Assembly (NCBI GenBank): GCA_002633005.1
Contig: NMRA01000158.1
Span: 370,229-434,228 of the forward strand
Direction of reading: 5' to 3'
Origin: Phoronis australis
Taxonomy: Eukaryota; Animalia; Phoronida
Length of the DNA: 64,000 nucleotides
Positions 53,301 to 61,595 of the stretch are shown one piece after another; position 1 is the first letter of the stretch, and every line of letters begins with the position of its first letter. Made by a program: the position numbers and the translations under genes. The notes under the pieces were generated by a model. It made no database searches and was not told the DNA's origin. It worked only from the letters and a program-made list of their open reading frames with translations.

Positions 53301-54804
53301 TACGTCACCACAGCATGTGCAATTGGCAACATCAGACAAGTCACCTGTACCTGGCTCGAGAGAGGACGTCACAGGTTTGTACTCAAGCCAGTTTCACTGT
53401 ATTGTTCAACTCTTGATTGGCTCTTCTCTTGAAACTGGTGCTACCTGGCAGGAAACAAAAGATGCTTCTCTTGAGGTGGACTTGGTATAATAGTATTCAT
53501 GTGAGATGGGTGGACATGCAGAATATCATTGTTTAGCTTCAGAAGCTAAATGTAGCATTTATTTGATAGAAGCTAGTGAGTTATTCAATGATTTACTGAA
53601 CTTAGTGTATAAAATGCATTTTGTGTGCTGTGTAAAAAGATATCTAGCCACTGGTCAGTTGTAGGGGTCCCAGATATTAAGAAACGGGTTGATGGCTTTT
53701 TTGTGGAGGAAACTGGTTTTCAAAATTCAGTGGCTATTGCTGATGGTTGTCATTCCAGCTGCATATTGAAACTTGAATACAACATTGGTTATGATGAGAA
53801 ATTGACGGTTGATACTGCCCTATTGTCTTGTCCAATATCCAAGAGACTATACACTATCAATACGACTGGACGTTATATATGCATAACTTTTGACTAATGG
53901 CCTACAGGGAGCCAGGAGTTACCCATCAGTCCCCCTGAGAGGGTGGATAGTCTTCCCAGTCATGACTCCAGCAGTCAGAACTCACCGTCAATCAGGCGGC
54001 CCCCTGCAGTGATGCCCCGCCCAGCTGCTGGACCCACTATGTCATCGCCTCGGCAACAGAGAGTAGTCAAGGTGCTTACACATAATGGGAGCGTGTCGTC
54101 AGACTCGGATGAGTGAGTATTTGAATATGATTTCCAAAAATTGGGATAATTGGTTTTTAATCAGTTTCTTCAATTCCACGGCTAGTTTTAGTTATTTCCC
54201 ACCTGTGCATGTATTTTGCTGTTGGTCTATTTTAGTCAATTTTCATAGTGGGGTGTTATCTTAGGTATTATCATTTGACTTTCCTAATGAAAATACAATC
54301 ATTTTCACATGGTACTAAGGTATCGGGATTTGAATGGCAGATTTTGCATAATTAGGTGAATTACTAGTCTTTGCTTAGTCTGCACATTGATGCTCAATTA
54401 TTGATGTGATCGGATTTTGATGCTTTTGATTGTTACGGTATATTAACAATGTTTTCATCGATAATTGTGGTAATGCGGAATTGTACACACTAATTCAGCA
54501 GTTGCAGCTGAAAGCTCCACGGCTGACCAGAAATCTCTCCCATTTTATAGCAACATCATAGTATTTTAAGCATATTTAAATGGAAAAAAGACACTGGCAG
54601 ACAATGTTGATAATTGGTGGTTTGTTATAAAATCTCTCAAACAACAGATTTTGTTGTCTTATTGTTCTGGTCAAAGCTGATAATTTCAAGAAGTGTATCC
54701 CATACAACGATGATCCCAAATTTTGTTTAACGTTTAACTGACAATTGCTGACATAGTTTACTGTTTACCCTGTTTTCCCTTTCAGCCATGAAACATCGGT
54801 GTAA
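10853..54804 (+). CDS. CELSR: CELSR/Flamingo (cadherin EGF LAG seven-pass G-type receptor), whole gene span, 31 coding exons, about 2990 aa
   Basis: Domain order: signal peptide, prodomain, cadherin repeats, EGF, LamG, EGF, LamG, EGF/laminin-EGF, HRM, GAIN/GPS, 7TM, cytoplasmic tail. Exon lengths sum to 8973 nt and every junction phase is consistent. Confidence 0.96.
15620..15872. repeat. DNA-transposon-like subterminal repeat fragment next to N at 15612
   Basis: ttttcgagttatttgag occurs twice, about 170 bp apart, in similar context. Confidence 0.4.
16147..16583. mobile_element. degenerate MITE (Harbinger-like termini); related fragment at about 21828-22055
   Basis: aagtccatctacatacagacatgcactagaac versus reverse complement aagtgccatccacacatagacttgccccagaac; ccatctgtatgtaaccac..ctga shared with about 22010. 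Confidence 0.6.
18400..18476 (-). mobile_element. possible tRNA-derived SINE head remnant
   Basis: The minus strand has an A-box-like tgtcgagcatggttaa and a B-box ggttcgattcc; no complete cloverleaf. Confidence 0.35.
18925..19201 (+). repeat. interspersed repeat, copy 2 (probable MITE)
   Basis: Similar to 490-702; weak inverted ends tagggg tatggaa / ttccaaaccctg. Confidence 0.75.
20282..20444 (+). mobile_element. MITE of the same family, 5-bp TSD GTTGT
   Basis: gttgt|caagggcggatccaggg...ctaaatctcccactg|gttgt. Confidence 0.82.
20612..20694. repeat. minisatellite, 19-bp unit x about 4
   Basis: aacttcagtataacgaggc repeated. Confidence 0.85.
22617..22792. mobile_element. foldback MITE with 61-bp arms and TA ends
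   Basis: 22617-22677 is the reverse complement of 22732-22792 with one mismatch. Confidence 0.8.
23937..24100. repeat. minisatellite, 23-bp unit x7
   Basis: aaattggcaatatcggcagtccc consensus. Confidence 0.9.
24843..24993. mobile_element. MITE with CATG ends, 5-bp TSD CTTTA and an internal duplication
   Basis: cttta|catgggtggcgcac...gtgccgcacatg|cttta; cccacttttttcagtgct occurs twice. Confidence 0.6.
28119..28210. repeat. 44-bp tandem duplication just upstream of the exon 2 acceptor
   Basis: atttagttt..ctgtgcattgatatcgcctgaattctt.tgtag x2. Confidence 0.9.
28232..28361 (+). CDS. CELSR: CELSR exon 2
   Basis: ttcag|(D)[42 protein letters not shown]|gtgagt; not in the ORF track. Confidence 0.92.
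28867..28905. repeat. (GTATT)n microsatellite
   Basis: About 8 units, read directly. Confidence 0.9.
29485..29710 (+). CDS. CELSR: CELSR exon 3
   Basis: [11 protein letters not shown]...[19 protein letters not shown]...ERVYLNR; AG/GT flanks. Confidence 0.93.
30680..30854 (+). CDS. CELSR: CELSR exon 4 (EGF)
   Basis: VLPFDDNLC...CVCPQGFTG, a CELSR hallmark. Confidence 0.94.
31088..31185. repeat. 49-bp tandem duplication
   Basis: aatgtccttcaaa..tttgagggtatta.tttgt.tcagagaat.gtata x2. Confidence 0.85.
31527..31590 (+). pseudogene. degenerate partial duplicate of the 5' half of CELSR exon 5
   Basis: ttacag|gcttgaagaaaa-gagttatgtgacagtgatgtgaatctgtgc parallels the true exon; frameshifted; no donor seen. 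Confidence 0.75.
31628..31753 (+). CDS. CELSR: CELSR exon 5 (EGF)
   Basis: [42 protein letters not shown]; gacag/gtaagt. Confidence 0.93.
34410..34627 (+). repeat. interspersed repeat, copy 3
   Basis: Similar to 490-702 and 18970-19200. Confidence 0.75.
34690..34930 (+). CDS. CELSR: CELSR exon 6 (EGF to LamG1)
   Basis: GKHCQY...CQLRTRNF...RHRFKFEVK; AG/GT flanks. Confidence 0.92.
35278..35485 (+). CDS. CELSR: CELSR exon 7 (LamG1)
   Basis: [27 protein letters not shown]...VNDGQWQHV. Confidence 0.94.
35586..35858. mobile_element. degenerate MITE with about 55-bp inverted ends
   Basis: gacagaaatttggccttac versus gtaagaccaaatttctgtc, plus outer tttatgaaag / ttctcatgaaa. Confidence 0.6.
36591..36741. 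repeat. long imperfect inverted repeat (63-bp arms, 25-nt loop)
   Basis: Hand alignment on the + strand gives 50 Watson-Crick pairs, 7 G-U pairs and 6 mismatches. Confidence 0.8.
36793..36905 (+). CDS. CELSR: CELSR exon 8
   Basis: [19 protein letters not shown]...YPCAVQG; phase 0/2. Confidence 0.9.
37262..37590 (+). CDS. CELSR: CELSR exon 9 (end of LamG1, EGF)
   Basis: [17 protein letters not shown]...FDGCL...[12 protein letters not shown]. Confidence 0.94.
37924..38084 (+). CDS. CELSR: CELSR exon 10 (LamG2)
   Basis: [16 protein letters not shown]...[11 protein letters not shown]...DIK; ttgcag/gtacat; not in the ORF track. Confidence 0.9.
38866..39015 (+). CDS. CELSR: CELSR exon 11 (LamG2)
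   Basis: IVDGLINY...RVNDGRWH...LDYGQIK. Confidence 0.92.
39495..39605 (+). CDS. CELSR: CELSR exon 12 (end of LamG2)
   Basis: KSYSISG...VQVGG...NGFKGCLK; tgtag/gtaagt. Confidence 0.9.
39838..39970. repeat. 49-bp tandem repeat x about 2.7, abutting the exon 13 acceptor
   Basis: ctgtgcttaggtctcatgatcaccatgtaacgatccatgct.cctgaga. Confidence 0.9.
39982..40138 (+). CDS. CELSR: CELSR exon 13 (EGF)
   Basis: DVRVA...[28 protein letters not shown]. Confidence 0.9.
40877..41139 (+). CDS. CELSR: CELSR exon 14 (EGF/laminin-EGF)
   Basis: GYHGNNC...[25 protein letters not shown]. Confidence 0.94.
41708..41891 (+). CDS. CELSR: CELSR exon 15 (laminin-EGF)
   Basis: [11 protein letters not shown]...[16 protein letters not shown]...FAEVTLKGC. 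Confidence 0.94.
42295..42698 (+). CDS. CELSR: CELSR exon 16 (HRM, start of GAIN)
   Basis: YQACPARF...WLRT...CPAGSFG...[12 protein letters not shown]...[17 protein letters not shown]. Confidence 0.94.
43785..43983 (+). CDS. CELSR: CELSR exon 17 (GAIN)
   Basis: [18 protein letters not shown]...[10 protein letters not shown]. Confidence 0.92.
44548..44641. repeat. minisatellite, 14-bp unit
   Basis: gtactgcactactt repeated. Confidence 0.9.
44935..45072 (+). CDS. CELSR: CELSR exon 18 (GAIN)
   Basis: VLGLDT...IPKYNNY...[12 protein letters not shown]. Confidence 0.9.
45483..45741 (+). CDS. CELSR: CELSR exon 19 (GAIN)
   Basis: [18 protein letters not shown]...[10 protein letters not shown]. Confidence 0.9.
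45713..45987 (+). repeat. 91-bp tandem repeat x3 containing the exon 19 3' end and donor
   Basis: cagtgtgt.tactggcaacatgac.acag|gtaaca.ctcattgt... repeated with period 91. Confidence 0.92.
46525..46666 (+). CDS. CELSR: CELSR exon 20 (GPS)
   Basis: GYWTNKYC...[14 protein letters not shown], the GPS motif. Confidence 0.94.
47172..47378 (+). CDS. CELSR: CELSR exon 21 (TM1-2)
   Basis: [16 protein letters not shown]...[12 protein letters not shown]. Confidence 0.94.
47927..48106. mobile_element. MITE inserted at AATT within a degenerate tandem repeat
   Basis: aattgacttatcgccag...cttgcgataggtcaatt inverted ends. Confidence 0.7.
48200..48353 (+). CDS. CELSR: CELSR exon 22 (TM3)
   Basis: [44 protein letters not shown]. 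Confidence 0.95.
48867..48933 (+). CDS. CELSR: CELSR exon 23 (TM4)
   Basis: [22 protein letters not shown]. Confidence 0.92.
49393..49407 (-). promoter_or_regulatory. CTCF core motif match
   Basis: The minus strand reads GCCACTAGAGGGCGC. Confidence 0.45.
49594..49740 (+). CDS. CELSR: CELSR exon 24 (TM5)
   Basis: [18 protein letters not shown]. Confidence 0.94.
50112..50280 (+). CDS. CELSR: CELSR exon 25 (TM6-7)
   Basis: [17 protein letters not shown]...FHYLFA...LQGIFILL. Confidence 0.94.
50863..50946 (+). CDS. CELSR: CELSR exon 26 (helix 8)
   Basis: aacag|[28 protein letters not shown]|gtaagg; not in the ORF track. Confidence 0.85.
51547..51793 (+). CDS. CELSR: CELSR exon 27 (cytoplasmic)
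   Basis: RSALAY...[16 protein letters not shown]. Confidence 0.88.
52408..52599 (+). CDS. CELSR: CELSR exon 28 (cytoplasmic)
   Basis: Conserved DSDSDSELS and [10 protein letters not shown] motifs. Confidence 0.92.
53153..53374 (+). CDS. CELSR: CELSR exon 29 (cytoplasmic)
   Basis: VHSTP-containing S/P-rich stretch; phase 1/1 with good splice sites. Confidence 0.82.
53908..54112 (+). CDS. CELSR: CELSR exon 30 (cytoplasmic)
   Basis: [11 protein letters not shown]...[10 protein letters not shown]; ctacag/gtgagt. Confidence 0.82.
54786..54804 (+). CDS. CELSR: CELSR exon 31 coding part: (D)HETSV*
   Basis: Strong polypyrimidine acceptor ctgttttccctttcag; phase 2 matches exon 30; ends in a class I PDZ-binding motif. 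Confidence 0.82.
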
Positions 54805-56855
54805 ACATGTTGTAACTACAAGTCGTGCAGATGCACATCTTGCTGTTGCTTCCTCCAGTGCCACCAGTAGTAACAGATGTTCATCTTGTTTGTGTAGTCA
54901 TCATTTTGCATTAAGCTAGGATTGTGCCGTTGTAAATAATAAATATGTACTATTTCATTCAATGTCACCAAGTGACGCTCGGTAGAGCGCTTTCATTGCT
55001 TTGTTATTTGGGTGTACGACTTGTGACTTGTGAGTCTCTCTATAAAGCTTGCCGGATGTTAATTACTTTTGCCAGCTTGTTTCACAAACCTTTTTGGATC
55101 TCTTTAGTGGACTTAATCAGTTGGGTAGCGTGTTCTGACTACTTGTATTGTTTTTACTGGTTGGCTGTTCATGTGCTGGCCAGTGCTGCCCTCTGTTGTT
55201 CACGCTCTACTGCTGAGTTGATATCAAGTTTCAGCAATAAGCAAGTTATTTATTTATTTTCTTAATACATTTGTAATTATTCATTTTTGGTAACCATTGA
55301 TTTCGTTATTAAAATGCATGAGAATGTAAATACCAACGAGCTGCGTTATCTGTATATATTGGCGAGTTGTGGTAATCTTGTGTTTGCATTTATTATTACT
55401 GCCGGTGTTGACAGCTTGCCTTGTCACAGTTGTGGTGTTACACCAGCATCTGTGACTTCACCGTGATGTCATAATGTCACATGATGTACAGGGATAGCAT
55501 TCTGAGCATTTAATAGTCAGACACAGAGACACCAGTGGAGAAACAATGAACTACTATATAGATGTCCTGTTATGCACAACATGATACAAATGTGGACTGA
55601 TCTCGAGGGTGTTATGGGATCATATGAACAGAGAGAGGGCAATGTTGCGCGAGCCTGGGAGCCGAGGTCCATTTGGTCTGCTGTGCTTGAGGGATTGATC
55701 TTTATTGGTTTTATTTACAGGACCATTTATGCTGCTTGCCTCTGATATTTCGTCTCTTATTAGATTAGCTTGTCTTTTTCCTGCTATGCTGTACTGTCAC
55801 TGTGCCTGGTCAAATCACTTTATAGTGACATTTGATTAAAAAGGGATTTTCCACAGACTGTTAGTTGGTCAATAAATATTTTGGTATATCTGAAATTATG
55901 CTGCGTGACGTGTGATAATTCTTGGGCGCTCAGAGCCTGCGTTTGGGGAATGTTTAAATTAGTTGATATTTTTGTAAGTCAAATCTCAGTCAATTTGTGC
56001 CATATACCTATACAGGTCTGTGATGACCGGTCAGCCTTAATAGCCATGTTGCTCTCCAACTTTTACTACTGTAAGTCAACATGGGAGTTTGAAGCTAGAT
56101 ACTGACCTATCTCTGTGTGCTCATCATTATGTCCTGCCTTCTTCCTAGATTCATGTCCTTCACACAGGGCCTTACAGGTGTAGTTTATAAACAGATATTA
56201 GTGCTAGTATTAAAATATATTGAGTGAAAGCTTTACTTGTGTTTAGAAATCAAGTCTTGTTTTAATTGGAAGTTACTCAATGTTCTTGCGTGCTGTAGGG
56301 TTTGAAGATTTGTTATAAGGCTGGAATCCAAGACTTGCCCGTTCACATGGTGAAAAATCCCAGTTTTATGAGATTGTGTATCTGAATGGTGTACAAGGGT
56401 TATGACTGCTCTCATGTGAACCTAGATCTAGATGTAATTAGAGTTGAAGCATTTTAGGAATAGCACTGGCCTTAATTGTCACAGTAGTTTATTTATGTAA
56501 CCATAGCAACTGTTAAAGAGTTGTTGGTGTTCTTGATAAAGCCACTCTCGTTTAATGAATATTCAAATATGGTGCCTTGTGTTGTTACTGTATGATGGAC
56601 AGATGGCTGACTTGATTAAACTGGCGTCTTGTTATCTGGACTCCAGAGTTTCACCCTTGCTCATGTGAACATCATGCTCAGAGTTTCAATGAGAATTAGC
56701 ATGAAATAGAGCTTTTAGATGTTGTTTTACTGCATTTATGTAGGCCCCATGTAGTTTAGGTCATTGTACATGGTTACTAGTGATTGGTTTTAATTTGTTA
56801 TATATCTTGTCTGTGTATAAATGTGTACATTTTGCAAATAGGTGCATTTTTGGAA

Positions 56856-56861
56856 AATAAA
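56856..56861 (+). terminator. candidate distal poly(A) signal of CELSR (proximal AATAAA at 54938-54943)
   Basis: AATAAA preceded by several TGTA elements. Confidence 0.45.
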
Positions 56862-57824
56862 GTTTACTATATCTGAAACTGAAGTATTTTCTCCCACCAA
56901 TGGCATAGTGAGACGACTCAGTTCAAAATGGATGCATTCGGTGAAGGTTAGTTTGTGATGCATTTTGAAACTATCCCGGTCAATGATCAGAAGCGTTACT
57001 GAACGCTACCCCGATCTTTCGTCGGTCAAAAAACGGATAATTCGTTGCTAAGAAATTAGCTGATTTGTCAGTCGCGAACTGGCCAGACCATTCGTTGAAC
57101 ATAAGCGGACATTTTTTGCTGTTGCTAATTGCCGTCGATGAATATGGCGAGTTCATTTACCACTGAAGATAGTCACTGGTTCCTAGACACCAGGTAAAGC
57201 GTACAAATGTCGAATAATTACGTTGGGAGTTCAATCGATATAGCCTGTGTCTTTAGGAAGTAATTGAGACTCGGCTAACGTTTGTTATTGACTTGTGTAT
57301 ATCCATATACGTATTCAGAGGAAACTGAACTGAATTTAACGTTAACTTACGGTTATGCGAGACTCCCGAAAATTATTCAACATTTGCCAACTTAGGAACA
57401 ATAAACATATTACAAAAATTAATGATTATTTTCAAACGAAACTGTTGACAGTGTATTCCATGCACCGTTCTCCAGTCCATGGAACTAATTGAAAAAGGGA
57501 TTATCAGAGATTTTTCAAAAATATCTCAAGCTGCATAAAACGAAAGGAGAAATTATAAAACTGTCGTATCGTGTTTGAAAATTGTACATTTATATGTACC
57601 GGTAAAAAATTACCTGAGTGATCATTGATAACCGTTGTTTTACTGTAAACGTGTCTCTCTTTGCTAAATTTTTCTAAAAACGTGTCAATCAAATTCTGTT
57701 TACTGCGAGAACAACTAACTACATTGCTCGAAAGATCAAGTTCATCGGCCAAAGTGGACTTACAATTCCCAACAGTGTGACGCATTATATGGAGACATAC
57801 ACTAACATATTAGTGATCAATTTC

Positions 57825-57974
57825 CAGTGGCGGATTTAGAGGGGCCAAAAGGGCCATGCCCCCCTAAAATACCCCCAGATTCCATTTGAGTTCGGGGGTG
57901 CAAATCTCTGAAGGGCAAAATCCTGGCTAATATTCTGCCCTCCCCCCCCACACAAAATCCTGGATACGCCCCTG
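57825..57974 (-). mobile_element. MITE of the same family as 7383 and 20282, reverse orientation
   Basis: atttc|cagtggcggatttaga...cctggatacgcccctg|gtttc (TSD 4/5); internal cccagattccatttg. Confidence 0.8.
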
Positions 57975-58767
57975 GTTTCTGCTCATTTCTATTAGAGAAG
58001 TTTTCAAAGATAAAATTTAATGCGAACCTGTAAAGTAACGTCGGAAATTTCAAAAAGTCTGAATGTTTTGAAAAAATTACGTCAAGAGAAAAGCCTCAGT
58101 TGGGAATTTGTCTCGTTGAGTCAGCGTTAACTTTACTCAATAACGTTTTACGGCTCTCCGCGACATCTGTTGGTTAAGGAAAATAGCAATCGACGTCACG
58201 GCCAGAAGTGAGGTTATTTCAGTTTCAGGTTTTCGAGGTTATGCTGAGCATAGACCTAAAAGCAACTAGTGATATGTCATTGGCTATCATGTGTCTGGTT
58301 GTTACCTGAATAGACAGGTATTGGAAGAAGCTGAAACTTCAAAAAAGTTTGCGAAACAAATTTTACGCTACCTCACCACCCCGGCATAACATGATGCAAA
58401 CCTGTTGCGAACATGAATTTACCAAAAACTAAATATGAGGAGCATTTTCCTTCCGAGTTTTCTAATCTAGGAATGTCGACCTACAAATGTCCTGTACAAT
58501 GACGCTACACTGTATATCTAAAGCCTGTGAACTGTTATGGCGTGACGGTAATTTGCAAAGAACTCATGCCCAAAGTTCCGAAATACAGCGCAAGGCGGAG
58601 TTATTTTAAAAGAAATGAACAACGAAGACAGTTCTCATTTGATGAAGGAACAGCAGGGTCACCTCAGCTCAGGTCACATGATCTGCGTTGTCAAACCCGG
58701 TCACTTAGATCTTATAACTTAACTTAAGCCTATTCAGATAACTTATCATGCTGAACCCCTTATCAAC

Positions 58768-58981
58768 ATGTCTCTGCTGTCCACAGTCAACCGCAGTAAA
58801 TTCTCCATAGTGCTTTTGTGTTTTCAGATACTTTTTCTCGTTCTATTCGCTATTTTCGTAGATTATGGCGAAGATGCAAGTCCGAGGAGGCATCACGATG
58901 CGTCTAACGAACTGCGGGTGACTGGGTCATCCATTCAAGCAGTTATGAAGAAGCGCAACTCCCTGGCTGAGTATTATCCGA
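58768..58981 (+). CDS. Rh: Rh-type ammonium transporter exon 1
   Basis: R.KFSIVLLCFQILFLVLFAIFVDY...YYP; donor a|gtacgt (phase 1). Confidence 0.92.
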
Positions 58982-59163
58982 GTACGTATGCTTGTGTTAA
59001 AAGGTTTCACCGTTATGGCGAAGACCAGAAGCAAGGCCGATAATTGTAGTGGATTATCTAAAAGCAACTATCACTTTGCAAATTTTGCATTTCGAATAGA
59101 GAATGTATTGTATTTAAAGTTGCATGTCGTTCTGTTTAGGCTGGCTGAAATCGAAAATGGAAC

Positions 59164-60435
59164 TACCGTATTCGCCATAATAACCGCCCATGCCCCTATA
59201 ATCGCCCCCACACGTTTTCAGACTTATGCTAAAATAAGCGCCCAGCCCATGAACGTGTACGTGAGAAAAATGTGCTACCTACAGTCCTAAAATTCTATAG
59301 TAACGTCATCAATTTATCAATAATATCCGACAATCCTGAAAAAATCATTGTGTGCAGAATTTGTAGACCACGAGCCTTGCCGCTATGTCGGTATTTAGCC
59401 GTGACTATACACTTCAAACTTCTGCCATGCCTCAAAACGAACACAAAAGTTTTGCTGATCTTGCGAGGACCAATGGTCTGGCCTTTCAGAACAGACCTAG
59501 TGTACTTGTCTACGGGATTGCTTTGAAGATATTTAACGCTTTCAACAGGAATCCAACAAATTTCTTTGTACACGTGAAAACTGCGAATCGAAGACTAGTA
59601 ATAAAAAGCTTGGACAGTGTTACAAGCACGTGGCAAGGAAGCGCGTGCTTCATACATGAACCTGTTATCAAAGACATTACACCGAAAAATAACTGTCACG
59701 TACGCATCCAGACACACGGCGACTAATATGGGCCTTACCGAGACAAATGTCGAATGTTTTTAGCACATGAGACCGCCAAGTGCTGAATGAAACACGCTCT
59801 GGTTTAGGCCTACTGCTTGTGCAAATTTCTTTAGATACAATGAACATCTAGTAGCTCGTTAGATTGCGTGGCTCTGGCCAAAAGACGGTCTCTGGTGACA
59901 CCGACGCATGCGCTCGCTTACTCAGCGCAGTCGAACTTCAAAACAAACGTCACGTGACAACAACATGTGTGTTCGTCCAGAAATATTTCTCATGTTGCTG
60001 ATCATGCATGTACAGGTAGATGGCACAATGTAGCACAGATTGTACTTAAACCTGCCGTTAATCCCGACTCCACGGGAACTTAAAAATCTTAGGGGCGCTA
60101 CTTGGAAAACTTCAGGAGGATTTCAGGTGATTTGCTTGCTGTATTTTTATTCAAGAATTCAATTCACCATATCGACGATTGCGAAGCAGTCAGTCGGCGA
60201 GTTTTCGCCCTGGGATTTCAGCAGTTTTCTGAAAAATGATGGCCGCAATGCACCACAATTTTGTAGTAAGTCTTTCATAGATTGCAGATACGTCACAGAG
60301 CGTAAACGTGATGAATCTTAGTTTCCGATTTCACACGTTGGAGACCGGCTTTCAACAGCCTTGGGTTATAATAAGCTCCCCCCCTGAAACGAACTTTTCT
60401 AAGCGCCCTGGGCGGTTATTGCAGTGAATACGGTA
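59164..60435. mobile_element. non-autonomous Tc1/mariner (Tc2-like) element, about 1.27 kb, TA TSD, in Rh intron 1
   Basis: TA-ccgtattcgccataataaccgccca versus reverse complement of the right end TA-ccgtattcactgcaataaccgccca; subterminal taagcgccc motifs; no transposase ORF. Confidence 0.78.
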
Positions 60436-60845
60436 GGCATTTTACTCCCATAAAGTCTGTCTTGTAATGTTTATTTACCGTGATAGGAGTCAAAAGCCGT
60501 TACCAAACACAACATGGAAACCGTCAGCGTCCCAAGAAATAGCTGCAGAGTTTACTGCGAATTCGAAAATGGAGCATGAGAACACTTTGCCTGTACTTGG
60601 AGTCGGAAATGGCTGGAATCCTATCACGCTCATCACCACAATGGGTACCGGGTATTTTGAGACCGATTTTGTGAGAGTAAAGGCCTTATTCGGTTTTCGT
60701 TTTTAGCCAGCTAAACAGGGCGACGTGTTACTTTAAATAGTGCACGCAAGACACTCGTGCAGATCTCTTTAATATTCCAGATGTCCAAGTTGTTCCGGGT
60801 TCGTCCAACGCGATGACCCTTCATAATGATTGACACTTTTGACAG

Positions 60846-61029
60846 TGTTTCAGGACGTGCACGTGATGATCTACATCGGTTTCGGCTTCTTGATGACCTT
60901 TCTGAAAAAGTATGGCTATGGTGCAGCCGCCATCAACATGTTGATTGCTGCCTTCGCCGTGCAGTGGCGCATTCTCTTGGGTGGATTCTTATCATTGGAT
61001 GGAGGGAAAATACACATTTCTGTAGTAAC
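60846..61029 (+). CDS. Rh: Rh-type ammonium transporter exon 2
   Basis: [24 protein letters not shown], the Rh signature. Confidence 0.96.
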
Positions 61030-61384
61030 GTAAGCTGACATTAAAATCAATTCTGTTAAAATTAACTTGAACTTGAAGAACCCAAATAAAAATGTAAACT
61101 CAAGCACGAATGTTAATTCCTGTCAGTGGTGCCAGGCATTTTTAAAAAATTCTGCATCTACGGCTGTAGTCGAGATTAGCATATGCTCTAATGGTGCCTC
61201 AATCTAAGAAAAATGGAGCTTCGATTTTGTTGCCATGCAAATTCCATGACAACGTCATGCAATATGCAGTGTCTCGATCGAAAATTTCCGTGTATTTTTC
61301 AACAACCTGATACCCAGTCGTGTTATTGAACAACCCATTGTAATGTCGCATTGGTGTCAAACAATTTATTGGATTTACTTTTAG

Positions 61385-61535
61385 TTTGCTGACCGCCGAG
61401 TTTGCAGCCGCAGCCATCTTAATTTCTTTTGGTGCTGTTCTTGGAAAACTAAGTCCGCTGCAGTTGGTTATAATGTCTTTTCTTGAAATCATCGTCTTCG
61501 TCGTCAATGAATTCATCGGCGTGGAGATGCTCAAG
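61385..61535 (+). CDS. Rh: Rh-type ammonium transporter exon 3 (gene continues beyond the gap or window)
   Basis: LLTAEFAAAAILISFGAVLGKLSPLQL...VNEFIG. Confidence 0.95.
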
Positions 61536-61595
61536 GTATGTGCACTTTCAGATGTTAAGTTATTTTGTTGTGGAAAATGTGTTTTGTGTGCAATA

